Source of the DNA: Saprospirales bacterium GYS_P2D
Lineage (GTDB): Bacteria > Bacteroidota > Bacteroidia > Chitinophagales > Saprospiraceae
Direction of reading: 5' to 3'
DNA: 64,000 nucleotides
Assembly: GCA_009833045.1 (NCBI GenBank)
Contig: WUUP01000001.1
Coordinates: forward strand, 49,440 to 113,439
Below are positions 1 to 8,524 of this stretch, piece by piece. Numbering within the stretch: the stretch's first letter is position 1; every line of letters begins with the position of its first letter. The notes below the pieces were generated by a model, which worked only from the letters and a program-made list of their open reading frames with translations, searched no databases and had not been told where the DNA came from. The translations under genes were made by a program, and so were the position numbers.

Positions 1-4
1 GACA

Positions 5-802
5 ATGAAAGATAGAATAAGCATAGAGATAAAAGACCATATAGCCGATGTACGACTCAATCGTCCTGACAAAATGAATGCATTGGATGATGCGATGTTC
101 GCAGCAATCATTGAGGTGGGCGAAGTGATAGAAAATGATCCAGACATCTGGTGTGTAGTCTTCTCTGGAGAAGGAAAAGCATTTTGTGCGGGTCTGGATC
201 TGAGCAGCTTCAGCAATCCTGATAGCGCTGTCAACAATGCCTCCCTGGCCGAGCGGACACATGGCATCTGCAATAAATATCAAAAAGTATCCTACCAATG
301 GAGAGCGATGAAAGTACCAGTCATCGCTGCAGTACATCACACCTGCTATGGAGGTGGTGTCCAGCTGATATCAGGCGCCGATATCCGAGTCGTAGATCCC
401 GCCTGTCGTATGAGTATCATGGAGATCCGCTGGGGCATCATCCCAGACATGGGAGGCTCGCAGCTACTGCGCCACTATATGAGAGATGATGTACTAAGAG
501 AGCTCAGCTACACCGCACGAGTATTTGACGGTCGGCAGGCGCAGGAGTATGGTCTCGCTACTCATGTCAGCGAAGATCCGCATGCTAAAGCTATGGATAT
601 CGCTCTTGAGATCACCGCTCGCAATCCCGATGCTGTACAGTCCATCAAGACGCTCTACAATGATGCTCCATATGTATCCATAGCTGATGGATATCTCCAG
701 GAGTCACACCTGCAACAACCCATCCTCGCCAGCCCTAATCAGCTCGAGGCAGTATATAGCCAGATGCAAAAGCGACCAGCTAACTTCTCTAATCCAAAAT
801 AA
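5..802 (+). CDS. enoyl-CoA hydratase/isomerase (crotonase) family protein
   Basis: 265 aa; crotonase-fold motifs (VRLNRPDKMNALD, FCAGLDL, GGG oxyanion region). Confidence 0.8.
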   Translation: MKDRISIEIKDHIADVRLNRPDKMNALDDAMFAAIIEVGEVIENDPDIWCVVFSGEGKAFCAGLDLSSFSNPDSAVNNASLAERTHGICNKYQKVSYQWRAMKVPVIAAVHHTCYGGGVQLISGADIRVVDPACRMSIMEIRWGIIPDMGGSQLLRHYMRDDVLRELSYTARVFDGRQAQEYGLATHVSEDPHAKAMDIALEITARNPDAVQSIKTLYNDAPYVSIADGYLQESHLQQPILASPNQLEAVYSQMQKRPANFSNPK

Positions 803-886
803 TAATGACACAGTGTCACTTTTATTTTGATCAATGCTCCGACTATTGTATTTTTAATCGTCTAACAAACATCTAACACTTGTCGT

Positions 887-1705
887 ATGGAACAATTTCT
901 ATTGTTTTTTGAGTCTATGACGTCCATTCAAAAATTAATGGTCGTCTTTACGTTTCTGGGGCTCAACTGGATCATCGAGCTGGTCATCCCTCTCGTCGAG
1001 CACGGATATAATAAATGGAAACATGCTCGAGTCAACTTATTTTTCTTAACTACCACTTTGATCATCAACGCTTTATTTGGCTTGGCCACCGTAGGTGTAT
1101 TCTATTGGATCGATGCTAATCACTTTGGATTACTACAGTGGATCAATCTACCTGTATGGGCAGAGCTCGTCATCGGAGTACTCCTACTGGATCTCATAGC
1201 TCAGTATGTAGCCCACTATATGCTACACAGAGTCAGCTGGATGTGGAAGTTTCATCTCGTGCATCATAGTGACACCCACGTCGACGTGACGACTGGTACT
1301 CGCCATCATCCTGGTGACTACGTAGTCAGAGAGGTATTCGCCTTGGCAGCTATTATCATAGGTGGTATACCATTAGCGTATTATGCAGTATATCGTATAC
1401 TATCTATTGTATTCACCTACTATGAGCATGCCAATGTCAAACTCCCAGAAGGGCTGGACAAAGCGCTCAGCTATATTTTCATATCGCCTAATATGCACAA
1501 GTTTCATCATCACTATGAGAGGCCTTGGACGGATTCTAATTTTGGAAATATTTTCTCTTTTTGGGATCGCATATTTGGCACCTTAGTCTGGGATGATACG
1601 AGCAAGATCAGATATGGCGTGGACGTCCTCGAGGACAAATATGATGAGGACATAATGTATCAGCTCAAGGTTCCTTTTGATAAGTCAATCAAGACGGACT
1701 ACTAA
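887..1705 (+). CDS. fatty acid hydroxylase / sterol desaturase family integral membrane oxygenase
   Basis: 272 aa; multiple TM helices and three histidine boxes (HLVHHSD, HHPGDY, HKFHHHYE) typical of di-iron membrane hydroxylases/desaturases. Confidence 0.75.
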   Translation: MEQFLLFFESMTSIQKLMVVFTFLGLNWIIELVIPLVEHGYNKWKHARVNLFFLTTTLIINALFGLATVGVFYWIDANHFGLLQWINLPVWAELVIGVLLLDLIAQYVAHYMLHRVSWMWKFHLVHHSDTHVDVTTGTRHHPGDYVVREVFALAAIIIGGIPLAYYAVYRILSIVFTYYEHANVKLPEGLDKALSYIFISPNMHKFHHHYERPWTDSNFGNIFSFWDRIFGTLVWDDTSKIRYGVDVLEDKYDEDIMYQLKVPFDKSIKTDY

Positions 1706-1717
1706 AAATCAATAATC

Positions 1718-3169
1718 ATGAAGCAGCAGAGAGATCACTATGATGTCATCATCGTCGGAGCGGGACTATCAGGTATCTCTGCTGCTCATCATATCAAGAC
1801 TCGCTGTCCGGGCAAGACCTTCTTGATCCTGGAGGCACGAGAGTCGATGGGCGGCACTTGGGATCTCTTTCGCTATCCTGGTATACGCTCAGACTCAGAC
1901 ATGTACACTCTGGGTTATTCTTTTCGCCCCTGGACTAATCCAAAAGCTATAGCCGACGGTCCTGCCATCCGCGACTATATCAAAGAAACTGCTCGAGAAG
2001 AGCAGCTCGAGCAATACATCAAATATCAGCATCGAGTAAGCTCCGCATCATGGAACTCCGATGATCATCAGTGGACATTGATCTGCGATCTACCAACTGG
2101 CAGTGTGGAGTTTTCTTGTGGTTTCTTATTCACCTGTAGTGGCTACTATCGCTATGACCAGGGATATATGCCTGACTATCCAGGAGTCGATGACTATGAG
2201 GGTCAGCTCATACATCCGCAGCATTGGCCTGAGGATCTGGACTACTCAGACCAGCAGATCACCGTGATCGGCAGTGGTGCTACAGCTGTGACACTCGTAC
2301 CTGAACTCGCTAAGCAGGCCCAGCATGTGACTATGCTGCAGCGGACACCTACCTATGTAGTCTCAGCACCTGAGCGAGATATTTTAGCTAATCTATCTCG
2401 CAAGATTCTACCCGCTAAAGCAGCCTATCGCATAGCTCGATGGAAAAACATCTTGATGAGTATGGCGTTTTATAAAGCGGCTCGTAGATGGCCAAAAGCC
2501 ATCAAAAAAATGATCCAAAATGGGGTCAAAAAAGAGCTGGGTAAAGACTACGACATCCAAAAACACTTTAATCCACCTTACAATCCCTGGGACCAGCGCC
2601 TCTGCCTCGTACCAGACAATGACCTATTCGAATCGCTCAAGTCTGGTAAGTCTGAGATCGTGACCGACCACATAGAGAGATTCACTTCTGATGGGATTCT
2701 GCTCCGATCTGGGAAGGAGATAAAGAGTGACATCATCGTATCTGCTACCGGACTACAGATGCAGGTACTCGGTGGTATGGAGCTCACTATTGACGGACAG
2801 ACGAGAAAGTCCGAAGACAGCTACTGCTATAGAGGTATGATGTTCAGCGATATACCAAATCTGGCCAATGCTATGGGCTATACGAATGCCTCATGGACAC
2901 TCAAATGTGACCTCACAGCGGAGCATGTCTGCTCCTTGCTCAATCATATGGATCGGCATAACTATGTTCAGGTCACACCGATTTACTCTGACGACCCATC
3001 GGTCAATGAACCACTACTCGATTTCAGCTCAGGCTATGTCAAGCGAGCATTGGCTCACCTACCAAAGCAAGGAAAAGAAAAACCATGGCGAGTCCATCAA
3101 AACTACATCATGGATCTCATCGACATGCGATATAGTAAGGTCGCAGATGAAAATCTCCGCTTCGAATAG
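1718..3169 (+). CDS. FAD/NADPH-dependent flavin monooxygenase, Baeyer-Villiger type
   Basis: 483 aa; N-terminal GxGxxG (VIIVGAGLSG) and BVMO fingerprint FxGxxxHxxxW (YEGQLIHPQHWP); second dinucleotide-binding motif (VIGSGATA). Confidence 0.8.
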   Translation: MKQQRDHYDVIIVGAGLSGISAAHHIKTRCPGKTFLILEARESMGGTWDLFRYPGIRSDSDMYTLGYSFRPWTNPKAIADGPAIRDYIKETAREEQLEQYIKYQHRVSSASWNSDDHQWTLICDLPTGSVEFSCGFLFTCSGYYRYDQGYMPDYPGVDDYEGQLIHPQHWPEDLDYSDQQITVIGSGATAVTLVPELAKQAQHVTMLQRTPTYVVSAPERDILANLSRKILPAKAAYRIARWKNILMSMAFYKAARRWPKAIKKMIQNGVKKELGKDYDIQKHFNPPYNPWDQRLCLVPDNDLFESLKSGKSEIVTDHIERFTSDGILLRSGKEIKSDIIVSATGLQMQVLGGMELTIDGQTRKSEDSYCYRGMMFSDIPNLANAMGYTNASWTLKCDLTAEHVCSLLNHMDRHNYVQVTPIYSDDPSVNEPLLDFSSGYVKRALAHLPKQGKEKPWRVHQNYIMDLIDMRYSKVADENLRFE

Positions 3170-3184
3170 CTATCTTGACCCATC

Positions 3185-3775
3185 ATGAACGGATGGCGCC
3201 TCTTCATACTCATCACTCTCATCTCTATCGGGCTGATGCTCTATTACCCCCTTAGCTTAGGCTACACAGAGGATTCTCTCCGGATCATCATTCGTCTGTC
3301 AGCACGGATCGCAGGGGTATTGTTCGCTATGAGCTTCGCAGCGTCGGCCGTACAGTACTTCATCAGAGGATTTATTGGTTTCTGGCTATTAGCCAATAGG
3401 CGCTATCTCGGACTGAGCTTTGCCCTGATCCATACTATTCATTTGATATTGCTCTACTTACTACAGCGTGACTTTCATCCAGTTTTTGAGCAGGCTGCTA
3501 CGATATCGCTCGTTGGAGGAGGACTCGCATATTTAGCATTAGTACTCATGAGCATCACATCATTTGAGCTGATGCGATCGTGGCTGACTCGAGATCAATG
3601 GAGATGGCTACATACCATCGGAGGATACTGGATTTGGTACATATTCATCCGTAGCTATATGAAGCGAGCTTTGACTGAAGTCGAATATTATCCTCTATTT
3701 ATTCTATTCATCATAGTGCTCATGGCGAGGATCGCTCATCTGATCAGTAAGCGTATGAAACAACAAATATCATGA
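3185..3775 (+). CDS. polytopic membrane protein, ferric-reductase-like / b-type heme transmembrane domain candidate
   Basis: 196 aa; about 6 TM helices with conserved His pairs in helices (HTIHL, HTIGGY); start 16 nt after the monooxygenase stop. Confidence 0.45.
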   Translation: MNGWRLFILITLISIGLMLYYPLSLGYTEDSLRIIIRLSARIAGVLFAMSFAASAVQYFIRGFIGFWLLANRRYLGLSFALIHTIHLILLYLLQRDFHPVFEQAATISLVGGGLAYLALVLMSITSFELMRSWLTRDQWRWLHTIGGYWIWYIFIRSYMKRALTEVEYYPLFILFIIVLMARIAHLISKRMKQQIS

Positions 3776-3929
3776 CTGAAATAACGATGAATATCTTCTA
3801 TATATGAGTCGAATATTATCTAAATCTTACGTTTTCTAAAATTCCCACCACACCACAATCAATTAATCTAAGTAAAACTTGTGAGTCTCAACGTATTAAT
3901 TAATTTTAATATATGTCAAATAAGTAAGT

Positions 3930-5246
3930 ATGCCTAAGCTCTTCGTCCTCGACACCTCAGTACTCCTTTTTGATCACAACTCTATCACCAGCTTTGAAGA
4001 CAATGACATCGTCATACCGATCACAGTCTTAGAAGAATTAGACAATTTCAAGATAGGTAATGAGACTAAAAACTTCGAAGCTCGTAGTGTGATCCGCTTC
4101 CTCGATAAGCTATCCGAAAAAGCCCACTGCGGGGACTGGATACCTCTTGGCGATGACAAAGGAAAGCTCAAAATCGTCATGCACACCGATGATCATGAAG
4201 GTGCTGTGAGCATCTTTGGCAATGATAAAAACGACCATAAAATCATCAATGTCGCTCTCTCGCTACATCAGCAGTATAAGCGCAAGAAAGTGACGCTCGT
4301 GACTAAAGACATAAATCTCCGGCTCAAGGCTAAGGCTATAGGCCTACAGGCAGAAGACTATCTCACAGGCAAGGTAGATGACGCTCAAGATCTTGGCAAT
4401 CAGTTTTCTTCAGCTCTCTACAATCTCGAGTCCGATACTATCAGAAATCTTTATGCCAAAAAGGAAATCCCTGAATCAGGTCTACTGAAAGAACAGAAAA
4501 TCGCCAATGGCTACTACGTGCTCAATAACTGCTCTGAGTCGGCACTGGCTCGATACAATGCCAAATCCAAGCAAATCGAACTCGTCGAAAAGTCATATGC
4601 CTATGGTATCAATCCAAAAAATGCGGAACAAACATTCGCTCTTAATGCCTTGCTCAACCCAGATATCAAGCTCGTAGCTCTCCAGGGAGTCGCAGGTACT
4701 GGCAAGACCTTATTAGCATTGGCAGCAGCCTTGGAACAAAAAAACATCTATAGCCAAATCATACTCTCTCGACCGATTATCCCTCTCAACAATAGAGATA
4801 TCGGATTTCTCCCAGGAAGTGCTGAGGATAAAATATCTCCCTATATGCAGCCTCTCTGGGACAATCTCAAAGTGATAAAATCACAATACAAGGAAAACTC
4901 CAGAAAGAAAAAGTGGATCGAAGAACTCCAAGAAAGTGGTCAACTACAGATCACTGCTCTCAACTTCATCAGGGGAAGGACGCTCTCTCATGCCATATTC
5001 ATCATAGATGAGGCGCAAAACCTCACTCCTCATGAGATCAAGACCATCATCACACGAGCAGGAGAAGGCACTAAGATCATATTCACTGGAGATATCCATC
5101 AGATCGACACCCCATACCTCGATGAAAATAGTAATGGCCTCTCCTATATCATTGATCGACTAAAAGGACAGACCCTTTTCGCCTCGATCAAACTGGAGAA
5201 AGGTGAGCGATCTGAGCTGGCTGATTTAGCTAATCAACTACTCTGA
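3930..5246 (+). CDS. PIN-domain + PhoH-like ATPase (YlaK-type)
   Basis: 438 aa; N-terminal PIN-like acidic residues (LDTSVLL...), Walker A GVAGTGKT, DEAQN Walker B. Confidence 0.8.
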   Translation: MPKLFVLDTSVLLFDHNSITSFEDNDIVIPITVLEELDNFKIGNETKNFEARSVIRFLDKLSEKAHCGDWIPLGDDKGKLKIVMHTDDHEGAVSIFGNDKNDHKIINVALSLHQQYKRKKVTLVTKDINLRLKAKAIGLQAEDYLTGKVDDAQDLGNQFSSALYNLESDTIRNLYAKKEIPESGLLKEQKIANGYYVLNNCSESALARYNAKSKQIELVEKSYAYGINPKNAEQTFALNALLNPDIKLVALQGVAGTGKTLLALAAALEQKNIYSQIILSRPIIPLNNRDIGFLPGSAEDKISPYMQPLWDNLKVIKSQYKENSRKKKWIEELQESGQLQITALNFIRGRTLSHAIFIIDEAQNLTPHEIKTIITRAGEGTKIIFTGDIHQIDTPYLDENSNGLSYIIDRLKGQTLFASIKLEKGERSELADLANQLL

Positions 5247-5251
5247 TCTGA

Positions 5252-6943
5252 CTACTTGCGATATTTATTATTAGACTTCTTTTTCTTCTTTCGTCTGGCA
5301 GCGCCTTTAGGTTTAGGATTAGCGATTTCTACGTTGATACGGCGACCTCTGAACTTTGCACCTTTTAGCGCTTTGAGCGTTTCCTTTTCATAGCCTTCCT
5401 CTATCTCAAAGAAACTAAAGCTCTTTTGTAGATCAATGCTACCTATTCCAAATTTCTGGCCTCTCATACTCTGATTAATCAGGGTGATGAGCTCCTTAGG
5501 GTTCAGATTATTATCCTTACCCAAATTAATGAAATAGCGGGTATACGAGCCAGCCTTACCTTTAGACTTTTTATCACCACGTCCACGATCTCGGCCTTTG
5601 CGAGACTCCAGATCAGCATTGAGATCTCCGGCACCAGAATAGTATTCTAAGAATCTATTAAACTCTACAGATACGAATCTCTTAATTAAGTCTTCTCGAG
5701 ATAGATTGCTCAGCTTTTCTTCTACTTCTGGCAAAAATTCGGCTATTTCCTCTTCATTGACACTGACCGTCTGTACCTCGTTGATGAGATTGAAGAGACG
5801 ACGACGACAGATCTCTGTCCCATCTGGCACTTGCTTCAGTTCAAATGGTTTATCAAGGATTTTCTGGAGGGTCTTGATCTTATGCCCTTCTCGAGCATTG
5901 ATGATAGAGATACACACACCTTTCTTATTAGCTCGTCCTGTACGGCCAGATCGGTGTACATAGGTCTCGAGACTATCAGGTAGATTATAGTTGATCACAT
6001 GAGTCAGATCATTCACATCGATACCACGAGCAGCTACATCAGTAGCTACGAGCATCTGTATCTTCTTCTTGCGAAAACGCTCCATAACCTGATCACGCTG
6101 AGCTTGTGATAGATCTCCATGAGTACAGTCAGCACTATAGCCATCTTGCATCAGCTTGTCAGCGATCTGCTGTGTCTCACGACGAGTCCGACAGAATACG
6201 ATACTGTATATATCGGGATTATAGTCAGCGAGTCGCTTTAATACTTTGTACCTATTCTTCTCATAGGTACTATAGTACTCATGAGATACATTGCTGGTAC
6301 TTTTATTTTCCGATATCACGGATAGCTCAGTGGGGGATTTCATGTACTTCGCAGCGATACGTCGGATCTCCTTTGGCATTGTCGCTGAGAATAAGACTGT
6401 CTGTTTTTCAGAAGGAGTAGATGCGAGTATAGCATCGAGGTCCTCCTGAAATCCCATAGACAGCATCTCATCGGCCTCATCGAGTACGACATACTCGATA
6501 GTCGAGATATCCAGTTTGCCACGATTGATCAGATCGAGCGTACGACCAGGTGTACCCACGATGATTTGAGGACGGTCTCTGAGCTCTCTGATCTGCGCTC
6601 CGATCGCAGTACCTCCATATAGTGCTGTGACTGAGATCTGAGGTAAAAACTTAGAAAATGCCACTATATCCTTGCAGATCTGTAGACATAGCTCTCGTGT
6701 CGGGGAGAGTATCAGCGCCTGTGATGAGCGATTATTCTCATCGATCTGGTGTAATATTGGCAAACTAAATGCCGCCGTCTTGCCCGTACCTGTCTGAGCG
6801 AGAGCGATCAGGTCGCCATGCTCTTCTATGAGGTGAGGGATAGATTGGCTTTGGATGGGTGTAGGTTTAATAAATCCTAATTTGTCAAGGGCCTTGAGGA
6901 TCTCGGGCCGTAGTGACAGCTCTTCAAAAGTGATATCGATCAT
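5252..6943 (-). CDS. deaD: DEAD-box ATP-dependent RNA helicase with C-terminal DbpA-like RNA-binding domain and basic tail
   Basis: 563 aa; Q motif, AQTGTGKT, DEAD, SAT, HRSGRTGR motifs; C-terminal RGRDRGRGD/KKKKK tail; ATG at 6943 checked on the minus strand. Confidence 0.85.
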   Translation of the reverse strand: MIDITFEELSLRPEILKALDKLGFIKPTPIQSQSIPHLIEEHGDLIALAQTGTGKTAAFSLPILHQIDENNRSSQALILSPTRELCLQICKDIVAFSKFLPQISVTALYGGTAIGAQIRELRDRPQIIVGTPGRTLDLINRGKLDISTIEYVVLDEADEMLSMGFQEDLDAILASTPSEKQTVLFSATMPKEIRRIAAKYMKSPTELSVISENKSTSNVSHEYYSTYEKNRYKVLKRLADYNPDIYSIVFCRTRRETQQIADKLMQDGYSADCTHGDLSQAQRDQVMERFRKKKIQMLVATDVAARGIDVNDLTHVINYNLPDSLETYVHRSGRTGRANKKGVCISIINAREGHKIKTLQKILDKPFELKQVPDGTEICRRRLFNLINEVQTVSVNEEEIAEFLPEVEEKLSNLSREDLIKRFVSVEFNRFLEYYSGAGDLNADLESRKGRDRGRGDKKSKGKAGSYTRYFINLGKDNNLNPKELITLINQSMRGQKFGIGSIDLQKSFSFFEIEEGYEKETLKALKGAKFRGRRINVEIANPKPKGAARRKKKKKSNNKYRK

Positions 6944-7082
6944 AAAATATTTAAAAAAACGTGTACTGCCATCGTACTTAAGAGGAAAAGGAATAGCAGT
7001 TTCTATTTCGTTTCTTCTGAGCTAATGGAATAAAAAGCTGCAAAGATAGAGTAAATGATCGATACCACTTCGACTAAGATCG

Positions 7083-7676
7083 TCATAGAGCCGTCGGCGG
7101 CACTGGATCAGGCACCACATTGTCTATAGGTGGTACTGACTTTAGATAGGCAAAAAGCGATCTCAGGTCATCATCGGTAAGTCGTTTCATCTCCTGCCAA
7201 GGCATCGGAGGTAGTATTGGCCGACCATTCTCCATGCCTTTGTGCTTACCTTCTGTCATCGCCACCTTAAAGTTGTCATAAGTCCATGTACCGATACCTG
7301 TTTCATGCGATGTGAGATTGGCCGCATAGGATATCCCCCAAGGGCCCACAGCAGCGAGCAGATCCTGAGTAAATAGCACCCACTGCCCTGGAGCAACTAA
7401 GCTCGCATCGATCTCAGGCATGGGCCGGCCTGCAGGGTATCCTGCTAAAAACTGATCCATGTCGGGCACTGGCCCTTGGGGAGTCATTTTCTTAGGAGTG
7501 TGGCAATCATTGCACCCACTCGTCATGAGAATGTACTCACCACGATCTACACTGACAGCAGATCCGGGTGCAGGGCTACTGGCTGTAGTTTGGGTAGATT
7601 CGGGAGCTTGGCATTGTATTAAGCCAAAAAGAACACACATACTAATGGGAAGAATTGTATTCCATTTCATAGTCAT
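7083..7676 (-). CDS. mono-heme c-type cytochrome, secreted/lipoprotein
   Basis: 197 aa; signal peptide, single CXXCH (CNDCH) heme-binding motif. Confidence 0.6.
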   Translation of the reverse strand: MTMKWNTILPISMCVLFGLIQCQAPESTQTTASSPAPGSAVSVDRGEYILMTSGCNDCHTPKKMTPQGPVPDMDQFLAGYPAGRPMPEIDASLVAPGQWVLFTQDLLAAVGPWGISYAANLTSHETGIGTWTYDNFKVAMTEGKHKGMENGRPILPPMPWQEMKRLTDDDLRSLFAYLKSVPPIDNVVPDPVPPTAL

Positions 7677-7959
7677 TATCTTTTGTTTAATTCAACTAAA
7701 AGATAAAAATAGATGTAGATGTAAACTATTATTAGAGCTTCAAAATGCAGAAAATCGCCATTTATGGCTACGAAACTTGGTATCTAAAAAAAGAAATCCA
7801 GCTAAATCATAATCCATCATCTATGACTCAACTGGATTCTTGATGCTTTCCATTGGTTTCTTGAGGTGTTCCGATGATTCCTCACATAAAGGTAAAGGGT
7901 TAAGTCACCAAGTATTAAGACATATAGGCTACTCATATACTCTACGGATCACATAAAAA

Positions 7960-7992
7960 AATAGCGACTCTGCATTCAGAATCGCTATTTTC
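7960..7992. terminator. 12-bp inverted repeat hairpin flanked by A7 and T-rich run (bidirectional terminator-like)
   Basis: AATAGCGACTCTG-CATT-CAGAATCGCTATT read directly; lies in an 850-nt gene-free region. Confidence 0.3.
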
Positions 7993-8263
7993 TTATTTAA
8001 AATTTAATCAAATCAAATCCTTGAAAACAAGAATATTACGCTTAACAAAAATTATGAATATGTCGAATAATTGTCATTTCAGCTTGTCTACCCTGTAGAC
8101 GATATGTGGCATTGTCAGACCTGTATCGTCTTATAAATGAGACCTCACGGTAAAATGAGGTCTCGTTACCAAAAAATTGCTTGGCATTTCGGGGTTACTA
8201 ATAGGACAGATTATTCTGTCTTATCCCCTACGGCCAAAATGTATTTTCTTACAGAGTTTCGGG

Positions 8264-8297
8264 CAAAAAAAAAGCCCATCACCTTTGTGATGAGCCG
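8264..8297 (-). terminator. rho-independent terminator of the secreted-protein operon
   Basis: minus-strand reading GCTCATCAC-AAAG-GTGATGGGC followed by T9; about 230 nt downstream of the 8525 stop. Confidence 0.5.
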
Positions 8298-8524
8298 TTA
8301 CCTTTTTGATCTATCGGACGTTGAGATGTAATTATTTGTAACCTTTACTTATTCGACTTATTCATATAGAAAATGTCCGACTGACCAAAGTTTCAATTGA
8401 TTCGGTTGATACGAATATAAAAGCACTCCCTATTATCTTTCTCTACATTATTGTCGGATACTTATCATAGCTAAGAAAAAGTCTGACTTTAACACTATAA
8501 GTGTAAAACGGCTGACATCTGCAC

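Noticed and set aside
298-3188. Small internal ORFs (298-489, 1383-1586, 2578-2787, 2868-3188) nested in the first three genes
   Set aside because: They sit in alternative frames of confidently assigned enzymes and have no motifs of their own.
7459-7812. 117-aa plus-strand ORF
   Set aside because: It is antisense to the cytochrome c gene for most of its length.
8137-8331. 64-aa ORF in the 850-nt intergenic region
   Set aside because: Its start codon lies inside a perfect hairpin stem and the ORF runs through a terminator. There is no coding-like composition.
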